A DNA stretch of 24,000 nt, from positions 5,329 through 29,328 of the forward strand of contig DIWP01000002.1 in the NCBI GenBank assembly GCA_002423545.1. The letters are read 5' to 3'. The position numbers and the translations under genes were made by a program. Positions within the stretch are counted from its first letter, which is position 1, and each line of letters opens with the position of its first letter. Shown piece after piece: positions 1-6,749 of this stretch. The DNA comes from Thermoleophilia bacterium UBA6103. Its GTDB lineage: Bacteria > Actinomycetota > Thermoleophilia > UBA2241. The notes under the pieces were generated by a model. That model saw only the letters and a program-made list of their open reading frames with translations, was not told where the DNA came from and did not search any database.

Positions 1-134
1 CGGGTGTGGATGCCGACGATGGAGAGCGATGGCTCACAGGGATTCTTCTCGAGGATCTCGTGGGCCATCCGGGTGAGCGTGCGGGTGATCTGCTCCGCGT
101 CCATGATGGCGACCTCGTCGACGTGGCCGCTCAT
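1..134 (-). CDS. pyrR: PyrR bifunctional pyrimidine operon regulator / uracil phosphoribosyltransferase, N-terminal part (3' end outside window)
   Basis: Hand translation of the minus strand from ATG at 134-132 gives MSGHVDEVAIMDAEQITRTLTRMAHEILEKNPCEPSLSIVGIHTR. This matches PyrR N-termini (xxxMDxxxIxRxLxRxAHEIxExN...LVGIxTRG). SD GGAGG at 145-149. Not in the supplied ORF track. Confidence 0.9.
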   Translation of the reverse strand, partial: MSGHVDEVAIMDAEQITRTLTRMAHEILEKNPCEPSLSIVGIHT

Positions 135-184
135 AAGAACGACGCCTCCGTCGACGAAGATGTGCAGGACGGCAGCGTCGTCAT
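131..184 (-). CDS. Putative 17-aa pyr leader peptide MTTLPSCTSSSTEASFL, translationally coupled to pyrR
   Basis: ATG at 184-182, preceded by AAGGGG (192-197) with 7-nt spacing. The stop TGA (133-131) overlaps the pyrR ATG (134-132) as ATGA. Confidence 0.55.
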   Translation of the reverse strand: MTTLPSCTSSSTEASFL

Positions 185-189
185 ACGAC

Positions 190-226
190 CACCCCTTCCG
201 GTCTCGCTGGACACACTTAAAGGACA
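190..226 (-). promoter_or_regulatory. PyrR RNA-binding loop in pyr leader
   Basis: Minus-strand RNA GUCCUUUAAGUGUGUCCAGCGAGACCGGAAGGGG. Lower stem UCCUU/AAGGG, internal purine-rich bulge, upper stem GUC/GAC, hexaloop CAGCGA fitting the known CNGNGA consensus. Confidence 0.75.
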
Positions 227-239
227 TCGGGTCGCGCGG

Positions 240-268
240 ACTGTACAGCGGCGGACGACGCCCGTCAA
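240..268 (-). promoter_or_regulatory. Predicted promoter for pyr leader/pyrR, overlapping the rluD stop codon
   Basis: TTGACG (263-268), 17-nt spacer, TACAGT (240-245). Predicted start near 233, just before the PyrR-binding loop. Confidence 0.65.
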
Positions 269-1164
269 GGAGCCGGAAGACCGTCCAGGAAGCGGCGCAG
301 ATCGTCCGGCAGCGGCGCCTCGAAGGTCAGCTCGCGGCCGGGATCGGACGGGTGTGGGAACGAGAGGCGGCGGGCGTGCAGGAACTGTCGCGCCAGGCCG
401 GCCGGCCGCGGCCGGCGGCCGTAGACCACGTCACCGGCCACCGGATAGCCGAGAGCCGCCATATGGACGCGGATCTGATGCGTGCGGCCGGTCTCGAGCC
501 GTACATCGAGCAGCGTGTAGCCGCAGAGACGACGGCTCACCGCGAAATGGGTCACCGCGCGCCGCGGCTCCGCCGTGTGGATGCTGATGCGCGTGCGGTC
601 GCGCACGTGACGCCCGATGGGGGCGTCGATGGTGCCCCGGTCCTGCGGCATGCCGCCCACCACGAGCGCCGTGTACTCGCGTCGGATGCGGCGCTCGCTC
701 ATCGCCGCAACGAGCGCCTGGTACGCAGCCTCCGTGCGGGCCACCACGAGCAGGCCCGAGGTGTCCTTGTCGAGACGGTGGACCACGCCGGGCCGCAGGT
801 GATGCCCGCCGGCGGGCCGGTGTTCCAGCAGCGCATTGACCAGTGTTCCGCCCCTATGTCCGGCCGCCGGGTGCACCACCAGGCCGGGCGGCTTGTCGAC
901 CACCAGCAGCGCCTCGTCCTCGTACACGATGGTCACGTCGATCGCCTCGGCGGTGAGCGTCACGTCCTGCGGCGGCGGGGGCGTGAAGCTCACGGTCATG
1001 CCCGTCCGCACGATCGCATGTTTGTCGAGCTGTCTGCCGTCGACGCTCACTGCTTTGGCGACGATCAGGCGCTGGGCGGCGGCGCGGGAGATGCCGGCGC
1101 CGTGGGCGAGAGCGATGTCGAGCCGCGCGCCGTCGTCGTCCGGTCCTATCGTGAACTCCGGCAT
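265..1164 (-). CDS. rluD: RluD-family 23S rRNA pseudouridine synthase
   Basis: 299 aa with N-terminal S4-like region and catalytic motif GVVHRLDKDTSGLLVVA. Confidence 0.93.
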   Translation of the reverse strand: MPEFTIGPDDDGARLDIALAHGAGISRAAAQRLIVAKAVSVDGRQLDKHAIVRTGMTVSFTPPPPQDVTLTAEAIDVTIVYEDEALLVVDKPPGLVVHPAAGHRGGTLVNALLEHRPAGGHHLRPGVVHRLDKDTSGLLVVARTEAAYQALVAAMSERRIRREYTALVVGGMPQDRGTIDAPIGRHVRDRTRISIHTAEPRRAVTHFAVSRRLCGYTLLDVRLETGRTHQIRVHMAALGYPVAGDVVYGRRPRPAGLARQFLHARRLSFPHPSDPGRELTFEAPLPDDLRRFLDGLPAP

Positions 1165-1659
1165 TCAGCCATCCGGGAGCTGTGGACCGCCGCCGTCGTC
1201 GGGTCGCGGCGCGTGCGGCGCCCGGCGCACGACGGTGAGGACCATCAGGCATGCTCCGACGACGATCGCCGCGTCGGCGATGTTCCAGCGCGGCCACCAG
1301 TAGACGGCGATGAAGTCGACCACGCTGCCGTCGGCGTGCAAACGGTCGATCAGGTTCCCGAGGCTGCCCCCGAGCAGGATGGCCAGAGGCATGGAGTAGA
1401 CCCGCGGCAACACGAGGAACAGCACGAGCAGGGCGACCACCACCGCGGCCACGCCGGCGATGACGAACCCACTCCCGGTGAAGAGGCTGAAGGACACACC
1501 GGTGTTGCGCACCAGCTCGATGCGCAGACCGCCGGCGACCGTGTACGGAAGCCTGTCCGCGAACGCCAGGACGACGGCCTTGGACGCCTGATCGGCGATG
1601 ACGATGCCCAGCGCCACCAGCACGGTCAGCAGCGGCGGACGCCTCACGGTCACCCGCAC
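1165..1659 (-). CDS. lspA: Lipoprotein signal peptidase II
   Basis: Four hydrophobic segments; GGSLGNLIDR and VVDF...WNIADAAI hold the two catalytic Asp motifs. Confidence 0.92.
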   Translation of the reverse strand: MRVTVRRPPLLTVLVALGIVIADQASKAVVLAFADRLPYTVAGGLRIELVRNTGVSFSLFTGSGFVIAGVAAVVVALLVLFLVLPRVYSMPLAILLGGSLGNLIDRLHADGSVVDFIAVYWWPRWNIADAAIVVGACLMVLTVVRRAPHAPRPDDGGGPQLPDG

Positions 1660-1913
1660 GAGGCGAAGCCTTCCAGGACGTCGGAGAGGGTGGCACCATG
1701 GATGCGCACGCTCTTGCGGCGCGAGTGTCGTCCGGCGGTCACCTGCACGTCGGCACGCCGTACACCGGCGCAGCCGGCGACGAAGCGGATCACCTCAGCG
1801 TTGGCGAGGCCTTCACGGGCCGGCGCCGCGACCCGCAGGCGGAGAGCTCCGTCGCGCTCGCCGTCGAGGCCGGTCCGTCGCGCGCCGGGGACCACCCAGA
1901 GGCTGAGCGTCAC
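1650..1913 (-). CDS. DUF167 / YggU family protein
   Basis: VTLSLWVVPGARRTGLDGERDGALRLRVAAPAREGLANAEVIRFVAGCAGVRRADVQVTAGRHSRRKSVRI matches the DUF167 pattern. The supplied ORF runs into divIVA; GTG at 1913 is the probable start. Confidence 0.8.
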   Translation of the reverse strand: MTLSLWVVPGARRTGLDGERDGALRLRVAAPAREGLANAEVIRFVAGCAGVRRADVQVTAGRHSRRKSVRIHGATLSDVLEGFASCG

Positions 1914-1944
1914 GCCGTCCCGACCGCTGCGGGCCCAGGCCGGC

Positions 1945-2952
1945 TCACCACTTGAACTCTTTGCCACCGATCCGGTCGTCGACATCGGCGAAGAAGTCGT
2001 CCTCTTCTTCCTCAGGCTGGAGGCGGCGCACCTCCGGCTCGTCGAGGACGGCGGTGTCTTCAGCTTCATCGGCCGCAGCGGTCGGCGGCGGCCCGGCGGC
2101 AGCCGGAGGCGCTGCCGCCGGCGGCGAGGGCCGTGTCTCGGGCGTCGGTCGGCTCGGCGGCGTACCTCCCGGCGGCGAGACCGCCGACGGGGCGGTGGGG
2201 CCGGCCGGCGCAGTATCCGGCCGGGCGGCGGGTGCCATGGGGTCCACGGTGGGTGCGCCGCGGCCGTCGGTCTCGCCGGCCGGCGAGACCCGGGCCTCTG
2301 GACCGGGGGCGGATGGGGCCGGTCCCGGTCCCTTGGAAGGCTGCAAGGGGGCCTCGACTCTCGGTGCTGGCGGCGGCGCCGCGGCGGCTTCAGCGGCCGG
2401 CCCTGTCGGGCCCGGAGTCGGCTGCGACGGGCGCTGCCCGCTCTCGCTGATGGCGTCGCGCAGGGCGCGCGCCTGGCGCTCGAACTCGCCGGCCTTCTCG
2501 CGCGCCCCGGCTTCAGCGGCCGTCAGCTGCTTCAGGTAGCCCTCGAGAAGGGCGCGGAACTTGAAGCGGAAGTCTGCTTCGGCGTTCCGCAGCATGACGA
2601 TCTCGCGTTCGACGCTCTGCTTGGCACTATACGCTTCGCTGAGCGTGTCACGAGCCTTGACCTCCGCGTCGCGGAGTACGAGCTGCGCCTCGCGTTGTGC
2701 CGCAGCGCGCTGTTCCTCAGCGTTCTGTTGGGCCGAGACGAGCGTCTTCTGCAGCGTCCCCTCGATGCTGCGGTAGTGGTCGAGCTGAGCCTGGATGGAG
2801 TCGAGGCGCTCGCTGAACTCGAGGTTCTCCTTGAAGACGCGCTCGAACTCGTCGGCGACCCCGTCGAGGAACTCGTCGACCTCGGCATCGGCGTAGCCAC
2901 GCATGCCGCGATGGAACTCCTTGTGCCGTATGTCGAGCGGTGTGAGCTTCAT
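1945..2952 (-). CDS. divIVA: DivIVA/Wag31-like cell division and polar growth protein with long Pro/Ala-rich linker
   Basis: N-term MKLTPLDIRHKEFHRGMRGYADAEVDEFLDGVADEF is the DivIVA lipid-binding domain, followed by coiled coil. SD GGGAGG upstream. Confidence 0.93.
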   Translation of the reverse strand: MKLTPLDIRHKEFHRGMRGYADAEVDEFLDGVADEFERVFKENLEFSERLDSIQAQLDHYRSIEGTLQKTLVSAQQNAEEQRAAAQREAQLVLRDAEVKARDTLSEAYSAKQSVEREIVMLRNAEADFRFKFRALLEGYLKQLTAAEAGAREKAGEFERQARALRDAISESGQRPSQPTPGPTGPAAEAAAAPPPAPRVEAPLQPSKGPGPAPSAPGPEARVSPAGETDGRGAPTVDPMAPAARPDTAPAGPTAPSAVSPPGGTPPSRPTPETRPSPPAAAPPAAAGPPPTAAADEAEDTAVLDEPEVRRLQPEEEEDDFFADVDDRIGGKEFKW

Positions 2953-3038
2953 GGCCGGCCTCCCGACGTGTCAGAAACGGAGACGCATGCCGGCCGGCCG
3001 TTCTTGCGGCCGGTCGGTCGCGCCGTCAGCGCCACTCC

Positions 3039-3067
3039 ATGGTAAAGCACGTGGCGGCACGCGTGAA
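3039..3067 (-). promoter_or_regulatory. Possible divIVA promoter
   Basis: TTCACG (3062-3067), 17 nt, TACCAT (3039-3044) on the minus strand in the proC-divIVA intergenic region. Confidence 0.35.
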
Positions 3068-3110
3068 GCGCCGCCGGAGGGCCTTCGCCGCCGGTCGGTG
3101 GGCAGCGCGG

Positions 3111-3902
3111 TCATCCCGTGCCGCGTCCCCGTGCCACGGCGGCCCGGACGGCCGCCATGAGGGCCGGGCGCAGGCGGGCCAGCTCCAGCTGCTCGATGCC
3201 GGCGATGGTCATGCCACCGGGCGTGGAGACGGCACGCCGCACGCCGCCCGTGTCTTCTGACCGCCGGACCAGCTCCACGGTGCCGGCGACGGCTCCCAGG
3301 GCCAGGTCGGCGGCCGTCTGCCAGTCGAGTCCCACTGCGACGCCTGCTTCTTCGAAGGCCTCGATGAAGAGCGCCGCGAAGCCGGGGCCACAGGCCGCGA
3401 CGACTGTCGCCTCGTCAAAGAGATGCTCCGGGACGTCGGTCACTTCGCCCAGCACGCCGAACACGGCGCGGACGTCGGCGGCGGTCTCACCGAGCGTGCC
3501 GTCTGCCCAGACGAGCAGGCCGCACCCCTGCGCCACCGCAACATTGGGGATCACACGACCGAGCGGCGTGCCCTCCGGCAGCCAGCCGAGCAATGTCGGG
3601 ATGGTGACCGTGGCCGCCAGCGAGACCACCGGGCGGCCGCCGAGATGCGCCGCCACGCCGGTCAGCGCCGCCTGCACCTCGACCGGTCGCACGGCGACGA
3701 CAAGGAGGTCGGTCGCCGCGACGAGCGCCTCAGGCGAGTCGACGACTGTGGCTCCGGTGAGGCCGGCAAGATGCGCCGCCGCCTCGGGCCGGACGTCATA
3801 GCCCCACACCGACGGGCGCAGCCGATCGGGGACGTCGGGCCGCGACCATCCCTCGGCGAGGGCCGTGGCGATGTGTCCGCAACCGAGCAGGCCGACGTTC
3901 AT
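3111..3902 (-). CDS. proC: Pyrroline-5-carboxylate reductase
   Basis: MNVGLLGCGHIATALAEGW Rossmann start; VRRAVSTPGGMTIAGIEQLE C-terminal signature (canonical V(T/A)SPGGTT). Confidence 0.9.
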   Translation of the reverse strand: MNVGLLGCGHIATALAEGWSRPDVPDRLRPSVWGYDVRPEAAAHLAGLTGATVVDSPEALVAATDLLVVAVRPVEVQAALTGVAAHLGGRPVVSLAATVTIPTLLGWLPEGTPLGRVIPNVAVAQGCGLLVWADGTLGETAADVRAVFGVLGEVTDVPEHLFDEATVVAACGPGFAALFIEAFEEAGVAVGLDWQTAADLALGAVAGTVELVRRSEDTGGVRRAVSTPGGMTIAGIEQLELARLRPALMAAVRAAVARGRGTG

Positions 3903-3926
3903 GGCAGACCTCGCGTGCGTACGATC

Positions 3927-4454
3927 TCAGAACTGATTGAAGAAGCCCTTCTCGATGAGACGGGCCTTCTCTTCTGCGGAGACCTCGACGTTACGCGGCG
4001 TGAGCATGAAGATCTTGTCGCCGACCCGCTGCATGCCGCCGTCCATGGCGTAGGTGAGGCCGCTGCAGAAATCGATGATGCGCTTCGCCAGGTCTGTGTC
4101 CGAGGTCTGCAGATTGACGATGACCGGCACATCGACCTTGAACTTGTCGGCGATCTGCTGCGCATCGTTGAAGTTCTTGGGCACGACCAGATGGACCTCG
4201 ACGCGACTCTGGCGGAGCGGCTCCACGGACTGGACGACCCGCGGTGCCGGACGGGCGGCCTCTTCCGCGAAGATCTCGTCGTAGTCGCTGCGACCGCGGC
4301 CGGGACGCTGGAGCTTACGCACGTTCGGCCGCTCCTGATAGGAGCGCTCCAGCTCCTGCTGCGGCGCCAGCGTCTCGTCGTCCTCTATGTAGTCCTCGTC
4401 TTCGGCGACGCCGAAGTAGACCATCATCTTGTGCCAGGAGTCTCCCAGACCCAT
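3927..4454 (-). CDS. sepF: SepF cell division protein (FtsZ-associated)
   Basis: VPKNFNDAQQIADKFKVDVPVIVNLQTSDTDLAKRIIDFCSGLTYAMDGGMQRVGDKIFMLTPRNVEV. ATG at 4454 follows GGAGG; the ORF track start is 4472. Confidence 0.93.
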   Translation of the reverse strand: MGLGDSWHKMMVYFGVAEDEDYIEDDETLAPQQELERSYQERPNVRKLQRPGRGRSDYDEIFAEEAARPAPRVVQSVEPLRQSRVEVHLVVPKNFNDAQQIADKFKVDVPVIVNLQTSDTDLAKRIIDFCSGLTYAMDGGMQRVGDKIFMLTPRNVEVSAEEKARLIEKGFFNQF

Positions 4455-4472
4455 CGCCCCTCCTGGGTCCAC

Positions 4473-5165
4473 CTAGAACAGGACGCTCGTGCCCAGGCGG
4501 ACTGTCGTGGCTCCTTCTCGGACCGCCACCTCGTAGTCGGCACTCGTCCCCATCGAGAGGTGCTGGAAAGTATAGCGGCCGCGCCATGCAGCGGAAAGCC
4601 GCTCTGCCAGCTCTCTGGTACGAGCGAAGTACGGTGCCGCGTGCTCGGGATCGTCGGACAACGGTGGCATGCACATCAGACCGCTGAACGAGACCCGTTC
4701 GTGACTGCTGGCTTCCGTCAGGAACCGCTCGAGATCACCCGGCGTGACGCCCGGCTTCTGCGGCTCCTCGGCGATGTTGACCTCCAACAGCACGTCGACC
4801 ATGTTCTGCGTCCGACGATCGAGTTCCTGCACGGCGCTGATGCTCGAGACGGCGTGGATGCGGCGCACACGAGGCAGAACGAGCTTCGCCTTGCGACTCT
4901 GCAGGTGACCGATGAAGTCCCAGGTGAAGAGATCGGCGAAGCGATCGTGCTTGGCGACCAGGTCCTGGGCGCGGCTCTCGCCGACGAGCTGCACGCCTGC
5001 CGCAGCCAGGGCCGGCATGTCCTCCAGCGCCACGTACTTGGTCGCGATGAGCAGCTCCACCTCGGAGGCGGACCGGCCAGACTCTGCCGCAGCGGCCTCG
5101 ATCCGCCCACGTACAACGTCGAGTCGGGCGGAGATCGTGCCTGCGTCGCCTACGAACTGCCGCAT
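4473..5165 (-). CDS. YggS family pyridoxal-phosphate homeostasis protein
   Basis: LLIATKYVALEDMPALAAAGVQLVGESRAQD, FIGHLQSRK, FSGLMCMPP, LSMGTSADYEVAVREGATTVRLGTSVLF. AGGAGG upstream. Confidence 0.93.
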   Translation of the reverse strand: MRQFVGDAGTISARLDVVRGRIEAAAAESGRSASEVELLIATKYVALEDMPALAAAGVQLVGESRAQDLVAKHDRFADLFTWDFIGHLQSRKAKLVLPRVRRIHAVSSISAVQELDRRTQNMVDVLLEVNIAEEPQKPGVTPGDLERFLTEASSHERVSFSGLMCMPPLSDDPEHAAPYFARTRELAERLSAAWRGRYTFQHLSMGTSADYEVAVREGATTVRLGTSVLF

Positions 5166-5229
5166 CGGATCGGCCTCCTCTCCCCCGTCTGGTGCCCCTG
5201 CTCCCGCCTGAGTCTACGCTGCAGCCCCC

Positions 5230-6105
5230 TCAGCTGTCGTCCGCGTCCCCGTCCGCGGCCGCCTTGATCCACACGATGCCCGCTTGACGGCCGCTGCGTC
5301 CGGCGTCCCGGCGATGCGAGAAGAAGCGCTCGTCGCACGACGTGCAGGCGCGTGCGAGCGTGACCGCGCTCTCGGCGACGCCGGCGTCCGTCAACTGCCG
5401 GACGGCCGCCCCCCAGAGGTCGACCCGGCCGTCATGCCAGGTGCCGGGGTACTGCCGCTCGAAGGCGCGGCCGACGTCCTCCCCCACCGCGAAGCAGCAA
5501 GGTCCTATGCTGGGGCCCACGACGGCGGCGACGATCGAGCCGTGGCGCCGCAGGAGCTCCACTCCACGCTCGAGGATGCCGGCCAGCAGACCGCGCCAGC
5601 CGGCGTGCAGGGCAGCCACCCGGAGGGTGCCATCCCGTCCGGCGGCGGCGACGACGACGGGGACGCAGTCGGCCACGGCGACCATCAACGGCAGACCGGG
5701 CTCGCCGGTCAGCAGGCCGTCGACGTCGGCGAGGGCATGCCGCTGGTCGGCGGCGCCGCGGCCGCGGTCGGCGGCGCCGACCGACGCGATCCCGGTCCCG
5801 TGGACCTGGCGGCCGACGACCAGGGCTGCGGCATCGAAGCCGGTCACCGCCGCCAGTCGCCGGCGGTTCTCGGTGACCCTCTCCGGCAGGTCGCCGACCG
5901 CGTAGCTGAGGTCCAGAGTCGCGAACGGTCCCCGCGAGACGCCGCCGTGACGCGTGGAGAACACCGCCCGCCAGCCGTCCCCGCCGGCCTCCAGCCACTC
6001 GACGCCCTCGTGAGCTCGGGCGCGCAGGCCGGTCACAGGGACGGCCTCGCGCCCAAGCTCCGCCGGCGCCGCTGCGGCGCGGCCGGTCTGCGGCCGGTCG
6101 TTCAT
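5230..6105 (-). CDS. pgeF: Multicopper polyphenol oxidase / purine nucleoside phosphorylase-like (YfiH/PgeF) protein
   Basis: VHG, VAVADCVPVVV, ALHAGWRGLLAG, GPSIGPCCFAVG motifs. ATG at 6105 overlaps the M50 stop as ATGA; the longer ORF start at 6525 lies inside the M50 gene. Confidence 0.88.
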   Translation of the reverse strand: MNDRPQTGRAAAAPAELGREAVPVTGLRARAHEGVEWLEAGGDGWRAVFSTRHGGVSRGPFATLDLSYAVGDLPERVTENRRRLAAVTGFDAAALVVGRQVHGTGIASVGAADRGRGAADQRHALADVDGLLTGEPGLPLMVAVADCVPVVVAAAGRDGTLRVAALHAGWRGLLAGILERGVELLRRHGSIVAAVVGPSIGPCCFAVGEDVGRAFERQYPGTWHDGRVDLWGAAVRQLTDAGVAESAVTLARACTSCDERFFSHRRDAGRSGRQAGIVWIKAAADGDADDS

Positions 6106-6749
6106 CGCGCCACGCCGGGCAGGAGGATGTCGGCGGCGGCGGTGATCGGTGGTCCGAAGACCGCCCCCAGTATCTCGGGGCGCAGCACGATGAGCGCCAG
6201 GAAGATGAAGAACACGTACTGCTCGTAGGAGGCGAAGCGCGACAGGGTCGCCCGGTGCCGTACCGGCAGTAGTCCGGTCAGCGCTCGCCAGCCGTCGAGC
6301 GGCGGGATCGGGAGGATGTTCAGGATGGCGAGGGTCATGTTCAGGTAGAACGCGATCGCCACCGCCTGGGCGCCGGCGACCCACACCCCGGCGAGCGCCC
6401 AGCTGAGAGCACCGGCGAGCGCCGCCAGCGCAAGGTTCGACGCGGGGCCGGAGACCGCCACCAGCGTCTCGCCCCAGCGCCGCGACGCCAGCTGCCGCGG
6501 GTCGATCGGCACCGGGCGCGCCCACCCGAAGAAGAACGACCCCTGCGAGACGGCGAAGGTCACCACGAGCATGGCGGTGCCCCAGATGTCGAGGTGCGCC
6601 AGCGGGTTGAGCGTCAGCCGTCCGGCCGCTCGCGCCGTGCCGTCGCCGAGCCGGTCGGCCGACCAGGCGTGCGCCATCTCGTGGACGCTCAGGCTCAGAA
6701 GCAGCAGCGGCAGCATGACGACGAACGAGACGATCAGCTCGCGACTCAC
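6102..6749 (-). CDS. Membrane site-2 protease-like zinc metallopeptidase (M50)
   Basis: HEMAHAWSADRLGD (HExxH), GWARPVPIDP, NILPIPPLDGW motifs, multiple hydrophobic segments. Confidence 0.9.
   Translation of the reverse strand: MSRELIVSFVVMLPLLLLSLSVHEMAHAWSADRLGDGTARAAGRLTLNPLAHLDIWGTAMLVVTFAVSQGSFFFGWARPVPIDPRQLASRRWGETLVAVSGPASNLALAALAGALSWALAGVWVAGAQAVAIAFYLNMTLAILNILPIPPLDGWRALTGLLPVRHRATLSRFASYEQYVFFIFLALIVLRPEILGAVFGPPITAAADILLPGVAR

Noticed and set aside
4-3045. 1013-aa plus-strand ORF
   Set aside because: Antisense to pyrR, rluD, lspA, DUF167 and divIVA, all recognisable on the other strand. The translation is Arg/Gly/Ala-rich with no domain pattern: a GC-driven shadow ORF.
3423-5267. 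614-aa plus-strand ORF
   Set aside because: Antisense to proC, sepF and yggS; no recognisable motifs.
5230-6525. 431-aa version of the PgeF ORF
   Set aside because: The N-terminal ~140 aa lie inside the M50 gene in another frame. ATG 6105 in the ATGA overlap is the sensible start.
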